Shown here piece by piece: positions 1 to 12,000 of a stretch of DNA of 64,000 bases (its first letter is position 1; each line of letters opens with the position of its first letter). The translations under genes were made by a program, and so were the position numbers. Source of the stretch: Eledone cirrhosa (taxonomy: Eukaryota); NCBI GenBank assembly GCA_964016885.1, contig OZ024741.1, positions 340,070,001 through 340,134,000 on the forward strand. The letters are read 5' to 3'. The notes under the pieces were generated by a model. The model saw nothing but the letters and a program-made list of their open reading frames with translations. It had not been told where the DNA came from and searched no databases.

Positions 1-3000
1 ATGTAGTGGTTGTTGTAGTTGTAGTGGTAGTGTCAGAAGTTGATGTAGTGGTTGTTGTAGTTGTAGTGGTAGTGTCAGAAGTTGATGTAGTGGTTGTTGT
101 AGTTGTAGTGGTAGTGTCAGTAGTTGATGTAGTGGTTGTTGTAGTTGTAGTGGTAGTGTCAGTAGTTGATGTAGTGGTTGTTGTAGTTGTAGTGGTAGTG
201 TCAGAAGTTGATGTAGTGGTTGTTGTAGTTGTAGTGTTAGTGTCAGTAGTTGATGTAGTGGTTGTTGTAGTTGTAGTGGTAGTGTCAGTAGTTGATGTAG
301 TGGTTGTTGTAGTTGTTGTGGTAGTGTCAGTAGTTGATGTAGTGGTTGTTGTAGTTGTAGTGGTAGTGTCAGTAGTTGATGTAGTGGTTGTTGTAGTTGT
401 TGTGGTAGTGTCAGTAGTTGATGTAGTGGTTGTTGTAGTTGTAGTGGTAGTGTCAGTAGTTGATGTAGTGGTTGTTGTAGTTGTAGTGGTAGTGTCAGTA
501 GTTGATGTAGTGGTTGTTGTAGTTGTAGTGGTAGTGTCAGTAATTGATGTAGTGGTTGTTGTAGTTATAGTGGTAGTGTCAGTAGTTGATGTAGTGGTTG
601 TTGTAGTTGTAGTGGTAGTGTCAGAAGTTGATGTAGTGGTTGTTGTAGTTGTAGTGGTAGTGTCAGAAGTTGATGTAGTGGTTGTTGTAGTTGTAGTGGT
701 AGTGTCAGTAGTTGATGTAGTGGTTGTTGTAGTTGTAGTGGTAGTGTCAGTAGTTGATGTAGTGGTTGTTGTAGTTATAGTGGTAGTGTCAGAAGTTGAT
801 GTAGTGGTTGTTGTAGTTGTAGTGCTAGTGTCAGTAGTTGATGTAGTGGTTGTTGTAGTTGTAGTGGTAGTGTCAGAAGTTGATGTAGTGGTTGTTGTAG
901 TTGTAGTGGTAGTGTCAGTAGTTGATGTAGTGGTTGTTGTAGTTGTAGTGGTAGTGTCAGTAGTTGATGTAGTGGTTGTTGTAGTTGTAGTGGTAGTGTC
1001 AGTAGTTGATGTAGTGGTTGTTGTAGTTGTAGTGGTAGTGTCAGAAGTTGATGTAGTGGTTGTTGTAGTTGTAGTGGTAGTGTCAGTAGTTGATGTAGTG
1101 GTTGTTGTAGTTATAGTGGTAGTGTCAGAAGTTGATGTAGTGGTTGTTGTAGTTGTAGTGCTAGTGTCAGTAGTTGATGTAGTGGTTGTTGTAGTTGTAG
1201 TGGTAGTGTCAGAAGTTGATGTAGTGGTTGTTGTAGTTGTAGTGGTAGTGTCAGAAGTTGATGTAGTGGTTGTTGTAGTTGTAGTGGTAGTGTCAGTAGT
1301 TGATGTAGTGGTTATTGTAGTTGTAGTGGTAGTGTCAGTAGTTGATGTAGTGGTTGTTGTAGTTGTAGTGGTAGTGTCAGTAATTGATGTAGTGGTTGTT
1401 GTAGTTGTAGTGGTAGTGTCAGAAGTTGATGTAGTGGTTGTTGTAGTTGTAGTGGTAGTGTCAGAAGTTGATGTAGTGGTTGTTGTAGTTGTAGTGGTAG
1501 TGTCAGCAGTTGATGTAGTGGTTGTTGTAGTTGTAGTGGTAGTGTCAGTAGTTGATGTAGTGGTTGTTGTAGTTGTAGTGGTAGTGGCAGTAGTTGATGT
1601 AGTGGTTGTTGTAGTTGTAGTGGTAGTGTCAGTAGTTGATGTAGTTGTTGTTGTAGTTGTAGTGGTAGTGTCAGTAATTGATGTAGTGGTTGTTGTAGTT
1701 GTAGTGGTAGTGTCAGAAGTTGATGTAGTGGTTGTTGTAGTTGTAGTGGTAGTGTCAGAAGTTGATGTAGTGGTTGTTGTAGTTGTAGTGGTAGTGTCAG
1801 TAGTTGATGTAGTGGTTGTTGTAGTTGTAGTGGTAGTGTCAGTAGTTGATGTAGTGGTTGTTGTAGTTGTAGTGGTAGTGTCAGAAGTTGATGTAGTGGT
1901 TGTTGTAGTTGTAGTGTTAGTGTCAGTAGTTGATGTAGTGGTTGTTGTAGTTGTAGTGGTAGTGTCAGTAGTTGATGTAGTGGTTGTTGTAGTTGTTGTG
2001 GTAGTGTCAGTAGTTGATGTAGTGGTTGTTGTAGTTGTAGTGGTAGTGTCAGTAGTTGATGTAGTGGTTGTTGTAGTTGTAGTGGTAGTGTCAGTAGTTG
2101 ATGTAGTGGTTGTTGTAGTTGTAGTGGTAGTGTCAGTAATTGATGTAGTGGTTGTTGTAGTTGTAGTGGTAGTGTCAGTAGTTGATGTAGTGGTTGTTGT
2201 AGTTGTAGTGGTAGTGTCAGAAGTTGATGTAGTGGTTGTTGTAGTTGTAGTGGTAGTGTCAGAAGTTCATGTAGTGGTTGTTGTAGTTGTAGTGGTAGTG
2301 TCAGTAGTTGATGTAGTGGTTGTTGTAGTTGTAGTGGTAGTGTCAGTAGTTGATGTAGTGGTTGTTGTAGTTATAGTGGTAGTGTCAGAAGTTGATGTAG
2401 TGGTTGTTGTAGTTGTAGTGCTAGTGTCAGTAGTTGATGTAGTGGTTGTTGTAGTTGTAGTGGTAGTGTCAGTAGTTGATGTAGTGGTTGTTGTAGTTGT
2501 AGTGGTAGTGTCAGTAGTTGATGTAGTGGTTGTTGTAGTTGTAGTGGTAGTGTCAGTAGTTGATGTAGTGGTTGTTGTAGTTGTAGTGGTAGTGTCAGTA
2601 GTTGATGTAGTGGTTGTTGTAGTTGTAGTGGTAGTGTCAGAAGTTGATGTAGTGGTTGTTGTAGTTGTAGTGGTAGTGTCAGTAGTTGGTGTAGTGGTTG
2701 TTGTAGTTGTAGTGGTAGTGTCAGTAGTTGGTGTAGTGGTTGTTGTAGTTGTAGTGGTAGTGTCAGTAGTTGATGTAGTGGTTGTTGTAGTTGTAGTGGT
2801 AGTGTCAGTAGTTGGTGTAGTGGTTGTTGTAGTTGTAGTGGTAGTGTCAGTAGTTGGTGTAGTGGTTGTTGTAGTTGTAGTGGTAGTGTCAGTAGTTGAT
2901 GTAGTGGTTGTTGTAGTTGTAGTGGTAGTGTCAGTAGTTCATGTAGTGGTTGTTGTTGTTGTAGTGGTAGTGTCAGTAGTTGATGTAGTGGTTGTTGTAG

Positions 3001-6000
3001 TTGTAGTGGTAGTGTCAGTAGTTGATGTAGTGGTTGTTGTACTTGTAGTGGTAGTGTCGGTAATTGATGGAGTGGTTGTTGTAGTTGTAGTGGTAGTGTC
3101 AGAAGTTGATGTAGTGGTTGTTGTAGTTGTAGTGGTAGTGTCAGTAGTTGATGTAGTGGTTGTTGTAGTTGTAGTGGTGGTGTCAGTAGTTGATATAGTG
3201 GTTGTTGTAGTTGTAGTGGTAGTGTCAGTAGTTGATGTAGTGGTTGTTGTAGTTGTAGTGGTAGTGTCAGTAGTTGATGTAGTGGTTGTTGTAGTTGTAG
3301 TGGTAGTGTCAGTAGTTGATGTAGTGGTTGTTGTAGTTGTAGTGGTAGTGTCAGAAGTTGATGTAGTGGTTGTTGTAGTTGTAGTGGTAGTGTCAGTAGT
3401 TGATGTAGTGGTTGTTGTAGTTATAGTGGTAGTGTCAGAAGTTGATGTAGTGGTTGTTGTAGTTGTAGTGCTAGTGTCAGTAGTTGATGTAGTGGTTGTT
3501 GTAGTTGTAGTGGTAGTGTCAGAAGTTGATGTAGTGGTTGTTGTAGTTGTAGTGGTAGTGTCAGAAGTTGATGTAGTGGTTGTTGTAGTTGTAGTGGTAG
3601 TGTCAGTAGTTGATGTAGTGGTTATTGTAGTTGTAGTGGTAGTGTCAGTAGTTGATGTAGTGGTTGTTGTAGTTGTAGTGGTAGTGTCAGTAATTGATGT
3701 AGTGGTTGTTGTAGTTGTAGTGGTAGTGTCAGAAGTTGATGTAGTGGTTGTTGTAGTTGTAGTGGTAGTGTCAGAAGTTGATGTAGTGGTTGTTGTAGTT
3801 GTAGTGGTAGTGTCAGCAGTTGATGTAGTGGTTGTTGTAGTTGTAGTGGTAGTGTCAGTAGTTGATGTAGTGGTTGTTGTAGTTGTAGTGGTAGTGGCAG
3901 TAGTTGATGTAGTGGTTGTTGTAGTTGTAGTGGTAGTGTCAGTAGTTGATGTAGTTGTTGTTGTAGTTGTAGTGGTAGTGTCAGTAATTGATGTAGTGGT
4001 TGTTGTAGTTGTAGTGGTAGTGTCAGAAGTTGATGTAGTGGTTGTTGTAGTTGTAGTGGTAGTGTCAGAAGTTGATGTAGTGGTTGTTGTAGTTGTAGTG
4101 GTAGTGTCAGTAGTTGATGTAGTGGTTGTTGTAGTTGTAGTGGTAGTGTCAGTAGTTGATGTAGTGGTTGTTGTAGTTGTAGTGGTAGTGTCAGAAGTTG
4201 ATGTAGTGGTTGTTGTAGTTGTAGTGTTAGTGTCAGTAGTTGATGTAGTGGTTGTTGTAGTTGTAGTGGTAGTGTCAGTAGTTGATGTAGTGGTTGTTGT
4301 AGTTGTTGTGGTAGTGTCAGTAGTTGATGTAGTGGTTGTTGTAGTTGTAGTGGTAGTGTCAGTAGTTGATGTAGTGGTTGTTGTAGTTGTAGTGGTAGTG
4401 TCAGTAGTTGATGTAGTGGTTGTTGTAGTTGTAGTGGTAGTGTCAGTAATTGATGTAGTGGTTGTTGTAGTTGTAGTGGTAGTGTCAGTAGTTGATGTAG
4501 TGGTTGTTGTAGTTGTAGTGGTAGTGTCAGAAGTTGATGTAGTGGTTGTTGTAGTTGTAGTGGTAGTGTCAGAAGTTCATGTAGTGGTTGTTGTAGTTGT
4601 AGTGGTAGTGTCAGTAGTTGATGTAGTGGTTGTTGTAGTTGTAGTGGTAGTGTCAGTAGTTGATGTAGTGGTTGTTGTAGTTATAGTGGTAGTGTCAGAA
4701 GTTGATGTAGTGGTTGTTGTAGTTGTAGTGCTAGTGTCAGTAGTTGATGTAGTGGTTGTTGTAGTTGTAGTGGTAGTGTCAGTAGTTGATGTAGTGGTTG
4801 TTGTAGTTGTAGTGGTAGTGTCAGTAGTTGATGTAGTGGTTGTTGTAGTTGTAGTGGTAGTGTCAGTAGTTGATGTAGTGGTTGTTGTAGTTGTAGTGGT
4901 AGTGTCAGTAGTTGATGTAGTGGTTGTTGTAGTTGTAGTGGTAGTGTCAGAAGTTGATGTAGTGGTTGTTGTAGTTGTAGTGGTAGTGTCAGTAGTTGGT
5001 GTAGTGGTTGTTGTAGTTGTAGTGGTAGTGTCAGTAGTTGGTGTAGTGGTTGTTGTAGTTGTAGTGGTAGTGTCAGTAGTTGATGTAGTGGTTGTTGTAG
5101 TTGTAGTGGTAGTGTCAGTAGTTGGTGTAGTGGTTGTTGTAGTTGTAGTGGTAGTGTCAGTAGTTGGTGTAGTGGTTGTTGTAGTTGTAGTGGTAGTGTC
5201 AGTAGTTGATGTAGTGGTTGTTGTAGTTGTAGTGGTAGTGTCAGTAGTTCATGTAGTGGTTGTTGTTGTTGTAGTGGTAGTGTCAGTAGTTGATGTAGTG
5301 GTTGTTGTAGTTGTAGTGGTAGTGTCAGTAGTTGATGTAGTGGTTGTTGTACTTGTAGTGGTAGTGTCGGTAATTGATGGAGTGGTTGTTGTAGTTGTAG
5401 TGGTAGTGTCAGAATTGATGTAGTGGTTGTTGTAGTTGTAGTGGTAGTGTCAGTAGTTGATGTAGTGGTTGTTGTAGTTGTAGTGGTGGTGTCAGTAGTT
5501 GATATAGTGGTTGTTGTAGTTGTAGTGGTAGTGTCAGTAGTTGATGTAGTGGTTGTTGTAGTTGTAGTGGTAGTGTCAGTAGTTGATGTAGTGGTTGTTG
5601 TAGTTGTAGTGGTAGTGTCAGTAGTTGGTGTAGTGGTTGTTGTAGTTGTAGTGGTAGTGTCAGTAGTTGATGTAGTGGTTGTTGTAGTTGTAGTGGTAAT
5701 GTCAGAAGTTGATGTAGTGGTTGTTGTAGTTGTAGTGGTAGTGTCAGAAGTTGATGTAGTGGTTGTTGTAGTTGTAGTGGTAGTGTCAGTAGTTGATGTA
5801 GTGGTTGTTGTAGTTGTAGTGGTAGTGTCAGTAGTTGATGTAGTGGTTGTTGTAGTTGTAGTGGTAGTGTCAGTAATTGATGTAGTGGTTGTTGTAGTTG
5901 TAGTGGTAGTGTCAGAAGTTGATGTAGTGGTTGTTGTAGTTGTAGTGGTAGTGTCAGAAGTTGATGCAGTGGTTGTTGTAGTTGTAGTGGTAGTGTCAGT

Positions 6001-9000
6001 AGTTGATGTAGTGGTTGTTGTAGTTGTAGTGGTAGTGTCAGTAGTTGATGTAGTGGTTGTTGTAGTTGTAGTGCTAGTGTCAGTAGTTGATGTAGTGGTT
6101 GTTGTAGTTGTAGTGGTAGTGTCAGTAGTTGATGTAGTTGTTGTTGTAGTTGTAGTGGTAGTGTCAGTAATTGATGTAGTGGTTGTTGTAGTTGTAGTGG
6201 TAGTGTCAGAAGTTGATGTAGTGGTTGTTGTAGTTGTAGTGGTAGTGTCAGAAGTTGATGTAGTGGTTGTTGTAGTTGTAGTGGTAGTGTCAGTAGTTGA
6301 TGTAGTGGTTGTTGTAGTTGTAGTGGTAGTGTCAGTAGTTGATGTAGTGGTTGTTGTAGTTGTAGTGGTAGTGTCAGAAGTTGTTGTAGTGGTTGTTGTA
6401 GTTGTAGTGTTAGTGTCAGTAGTTGATGTAGTGGTTGTTGTAGTTGTAGTGGTAGTGTCAGTAGTTGATGTAGTGGTTGTTGTAGTTGTTGTGGTAGTGT
6501 CAGTAGTTGATGTAGTGGTTGTTGTAGTTGTAGTGGTAGTGTCAGTAGTTGATGTAGTGGTTGTTGTAGTTGTAGTGGTAGTGTCAGTAGTTGATGTAGT
6601 GGTTGTTGTAGTTGTAGTGGTAGTGTCAGTAATTGATGTAGTGGTTGTTGTAGTTGTAGTGGTAGTGTCAGTAGTTGATGTAGTGGTTGTTGTAGTTGTA
6701 GTGGTAGTGTCAGAAGTTGATGTAGTGGTTGTTGTAGTTGTAGTGGTAGTGTCAGAAGTTGATGTAGTGGTTGTTGTAGTTGTAGTGGTAGTGTCAGTAT
6801 TTGATGTAGTGGTTGTTGTAGTTGTAGTGGTAGTGTCAGTAGTTGATGTAGTGGTTGTTGTAGTTATAGTGGTAGTGTCAGAAGTTGATGTAGTGGTTGT
6901 TGTAGTTGTAGTGCTAGTGTCAGTAGTTGATGTAGTGGTTGTTGTAGTTGTAGTGGTAGTGTCAGAAGTTGATGTAGTGGTTGTTGTAGTTGTAGTGGTA
7001 GTGTCAGTAGTTGATGTAGTGGTTGTTGTAGTTGTAGTGGTAGTGTCAGTAGTTGATGTAGTGGTTGTTGTAGTTGTAGTGGTAGTGTCAGTAGTTGATG
7101 TAGTGGTTGTTGTAGTTGTAGTGGTAGTGTCAGAAGTTGATGTAGTGGTTGTTGTAGTTGTAGTGGTAGTGTCAGAAGTTGATGTAGTGGTTGTTGTAGT
7201 TGTAGTGGTAGTGTCAGTAGTTGATGTAGTGGTTGTTGTAGTTGTAGTGGTAGTGTCAGTAGTTGATGTAGTGGTTGTTGTAGTTGTAGTGGTAGTGTCA
7301 GTAATTGATGTAGTGGTTGTTGTAGTTGTAGTGGTAGTGTCAGAAGTTGATGTAGTGGTTGTTGTAGTTGTAGTGGAAGTGTCAGAAGTTGATGTAGTGG
7401 TTGTTGTAGTTGTAGTGGTAGTGTCAGTAGTTGATGTAGTGGTTGTTGTAGTTGTAGTGGTAGTGTCAGTAGTTGATGTAGTGGTTGTTGTAGTTGTAGT
7501 GGTAGTGTCAGTAGTTGATGTAGTGGTTGTTGTAGTTGTAGTGGTAGTGTCAGAAGTTGATGTAGTGGTTGTTGTAGTTGTAGTGGTAGTGTCAGAATTT
7601 GATGTAGTGGTTGTTGTAGTTGTAGTGGTAGTGTCAGTAGTTGATGTAGTGGTTGTTGTAGTTGTAATGGTAGTGTCAGTAGTTGATGTAGTGGTTGTTG
7701 TAGTTGTAGTGGTAGTGTCAGTAATTGATGTAGTGGTTGTTGTAGTTGTAGTGGTAGTGTCAGAAGTTGATGTAGTGGTTGTTGTAGTTGTAGTGGTAGT
7801 GTCAGAAGTTGATGTAGTGGTTGTTGTAGTTGTAGTGGTAGTGTCAGTAGTTGATGTAGTGGTTGTTGTAGTTGTAGTGGTAGTGTCAGTAGTTGATGTA
7901 GTGGTTGTTGTAGTTGTAGTGGTAGTGTCAGAAGTTGATGTAGTGGTTGTTGTAGTTGTAGTGGTAGTGTCAGTAGTTGATGTAGTGGTTGTTGTAGTTG
8001 TAGTGGTAGTGTCAGTAGTTGATGTAGTGGTTGTTGTAGTTATAGTGGTAGTGTCAGAAGTTGATGTAGTGGTTGTTGTAGTTGTAGTGCTAGTGTCAGT
8101 AGTTGATGTAGTGGTTGTTGTAGTTGTAGTGGTAGTGTCAGAAGTTGATGTAGTGGTTGTTGTAGTTGTAGTGGTAGTGTCAGTAGTTGATGTAGTTGTT
8201 GTTGTAGTTGTAGTGGTAGTGTCAGTAGTTGATGTAGTGGTTGTTGTAGTTGTAGTGGTAGTGTCAGTAGTTGATGTAGTGGTTGTTGTAGTTGTAGTGG
8301 TAGTGTCAGAAGTTGATGTAGTGGTTGTTGTAGTTGTAGTGGTAGTGTCAGTAGTTGATGTAGTGGTTGTTGTAGTTATAGTGGTAGTGTCAGAAGTTGA
8401 TGTAGTGGTTGTTGTAGTTGTAGTGCTAGTGTCAGTAGTTGATGTAGTGGTTGTTGTAGTTGTAGTGGTAGTGTCAGAAGTTGATGTAGTGGTTGTTGTA
8501 GTTGTAGTGGTAGTGTCAGAAGTTGATGTAGTGGTTGTTGTAGTTGTAGTGGTAGTGTCAGTAGTTGATGTAGTGGTTATTGTAGTTGTAGTGGTAGTGT
8601 CAGTAGTTGATGTAGTGGTTGTTGTAGTTGTAGTGGTAGTGTCAGTAATTGATGTAGTGGTTGTTGTAGTTGTAGTGGTAGTGTCAGAAGTTGATGTAGT
8701 GGTTGTTGTAGTTGTAGTGGTAGTGTCAGAAGTTGATGTAGTGGTTGTTGTAGTTGTAGTGGTAGTGTCAGCAGTTGATGTAGTGGTTGTTGTAGTTGTA
8801 GTGGTAGTGTCAGTAGTTGATGTAGTGGTTGTTGTAGTTGTAGTGGTAGTGGCAGTAGTTGATGTAGTGGTTGTTGTAGTTGTAGTGGTAGTGTCAGTAG
8901 TTGATGTAGTTGTTGTTGTAGTTGTAGTGGTAGTGTCAGTAATTGATGTAGTGGTTGTTGTAGTTGTAGTGGTAGTGTCAGAAGTTGATGTAGTGGTTGT

Positions 9001-12000
9001 TGTAGTTGTAGTGGTAGTGTCAGAAGTTGATGTAGTGGTTGTTGTAGTTGTAGTGGTAGTGTCAGTAGTTGATGTAGTGGTTGTTGTAGTTGTAGTGGTA
9101 GTGTCAGTAGTTGATGTAGTGGTTGTTGTAGTTGTAGTGGTAGTGTCAGAAGTTGATGTAGTGGTTGTTGTAGTTGTAGTGTTAGTGTCAGTAGTTGATG
9201 TAGTGGTTGTTGTAGTTGTAGTGGTAGTGTCAGTAGTTGATGTAGTGGTTGTTGTAGTTGTTGTGGTAGTGTCAGTAGTTGATGTAGTGGTTGTTGTAGT
9301 TGTAGTGGTAGTGTCAGTAGTTGATGTAGTGGTTGTTGTAGTTGTAGTGGTAGTGTCAGTAGTTGATGTAGTGGTTGTTGTAGTTGTAGTGGTAGTGTCA
9401 GTAATTGATGTAGTGGTTGTTGTAGTTGTAGTGGTAGTGTCAGTAGTTGATGTAGTGGTTGTTGTAGTTGTAGTGGTAGTGTCAGAAGTTGATGTAGTGG
9501 TTGTTGTAGTTGTAGTGGTAGTGTCAGAAGTTCATGTAGTGGTTGTTGTAGTTGTAGTGGTAGTGTCAGTAGTTGATGTAGTGGTTGTTGTAGTTGTAGT
9601 GGTAGTGTCAGTAGTTGATGTAGTGGTTGTTGTAGTTATAGTGGTAGTGTCAGAAGTTGATGTAGTGGTTGTTGTAGTTGTAGTGCTAGTGTCAGTAGTT
9701 GATGTAGTGGTTGTTGTAGTTGTAGTGGTAGTGTCAGTAGTTGATGTAGTGGTTGTTGTAGTTGTAGTGGTAGTGTCAGTAGTTGATGTAGTGGTTGTTG
9801 TAGTTGTAGTGTTAGTGTCAGTAGTTGATGTAGTGGTTGTTGTAGTTGTAGTGGTAGTGTCAGTAGTTGATGTAGTGGTTGTTGTAGTTGTAGTGGTAGT
9901 GTCAGAAGTTGATGTAGTGGTTGTTGTAGTTGTAGTGGTAGTGTCAGTAGTTGGTGTAGTGGTTGTTGTAGTTGTAGTGGTAGTGTCAGTAGTTGGTGTA
10001 GTGGTTGTTGTAGTTGTAGTGGTAGTGTCAGTAGTTGATGTAGTGGTTGTTGTAGTTGTAGTGGTAGTGTCAGTAGTTGGTGTAGTGGTTGTTGTAGTTG
10101 TAGTGGTAGTGTCAGTAGTTGGTGTAGTGGTTGTTGTAGTTGTAGTGGTAGTGTCAGTAGTTGATGTAGTGGTTGTTGTAGTTGTAGTGGTAGTGTCAGT
10201 AGTTCATGTAGTGGTTGTTGTTGTTGTAGTGGTAGTGTCAGTAGTTGATGTAGTGGTTGTTGTAGTTGTAGTGGTAGTGTCAGTAGTTGATGTAGTGGTT
10301 GTTGTACTTGTAGTGGTAGTGTCGGTAATTGATGGAGTGGTTGTTGTAGTTGTAGTGGTAGTGTCAGAAGTTGATGTAGTGGTTGTTGTAGTTGTAGTGG
10401 TAGTGTCAGTAGTTGATGTAGTGGTTGTTGTAGTTGTAGTGGTGGTGTCAGTAGTTGATATAGTGGTTGTTGTAGTTGTAGTGGTAGTGTCAGTAGTTGA
10501 TGTAGTGGTTGTTGTAGTTGTAGTGGTAGTGTCAGTAGTTGATGTAGTGGTTGTTGTAGTTGTAGTGGTAGTGTCAGTAGTTGGTGTAGTGGTTGTTGTA
10601 GTTGTAGTGGTAGTGTCAGTAGTTGATGTAGTGGTTGTTGTAGTTGTAGTGGTAATGTCAGAAGTTGATGTAGTGGTTGTTGTAGTTGTAGTGGTAGTGT
10701 CAGAAGTTGATGTAGTGGTTGTTGTAGTTGTAGTGGTAGTGTCAGTAGTTGATGTAGTGGTTGTTGTAGTTGTAGTGGTAGTGTCAGTAGTTGATGTAGT
10801 GGTTGTTGTAGTTGTAGTGGTAGTGTCAGTAATTGATGTAGTGGTTGTTGTAGTTGTAGTGGTAGTGTCAGAAGTTGATGTAGTGGTTGTTGTAGTTGTA
10901 GTGGTAGTGTCAGAAGTTGATGCAGTGGTTGTTGTAGTTGTAGTGGTAGTGTCAGTAGTTGATGTAGTGGTTGTTGTAGTTGTAGTGGTAGTGTCAGTAG
11001 TTGATGTAGTGGTTGTTGTAGTTGTAGTGCTAGTGTCAGTAGTTGATGTAGTGGTTGTTGTAGTTGTAGTGGTAGTGTCAGTAGTTGATGTAGTTGTTGT
11101 TGTAGTTGTAGTGGTAGTGTCAGTAATTGATGTAGTGGTTGTTGTAGTTGTAGTGGTAGTGTCAGAAGTTGATGTAGTGGTTGTTGTAGTTGTAGTGGTA
11201 GTGTCAGAAGTTGATGTAGTGGTTGTTGTAGTTGTAGTGGTAGTGTCAGTAGTTGATGTAGTGGTTGTTGTAGTTGTAGTGGTAGTGTCAGTAGTTGATG
11301 TAGTGGTTGTTGTAGTTGTAGTGGTAGTGTCAGAAGTTGTTGTAGTGGTTGTTGTAGTTGTAGTGTTAGTGTCAGTAGTTGATGTAGTGGTTGTTGTAGT
11401 TGTAGTGGTAGTGTCAGTAGTTGATGTAGTGGTTGTTGTAGTTGTTGTGGTAGTGTCAGTAGTTGATGTAGTGGTTGTTGTAGTTGTAGTGGTAGTGTCA
11501 GTAGTTGATGTAGTGGTTGTTGTAGTTGTAGTGGTAGTGTCAGTAGTTGATGTAGTGGTTGTTGTAGTTGTAGTGGTAGTGTCAGTAATTGATGTAGTGG
11601 TTGTTGTAGTTGTAGTGGTAGTGTCAGTAGTTTATGTAGTGGTTGTTGTAGTTGTAGTGGTAGTGTCAGAAGTTGATGTAGTGGTTGTTGTAGTTGTAGT
11701 GGTAGTGTCAGAAGTTGATGTAGTGGTTGTTGTAGTTGTAGTGGTAGTGTCAGTATTTGATGTAGTGGTTGTTGTAGTTGTAGTGGTAGTGTCAGTAGTT
11801 GATGTAGTGGTTGTTGTAGTTATAGTGGTAGTGTCAGAAGTTGATGTAGTGGTTGTTGTAGTTGTAGTGCTAGTGTCAGTAGTTGATGTAGTGGTTGTTG
11901 TAGTTGTAGTGGTAGTGTCAGAAGTTGATGTAGTGGTTGTTGTAGTTGTAGTGGTAGTGTCAGTAGTTGATGTAGTGGTTGTTGTAGTTGTAGTGGTAGT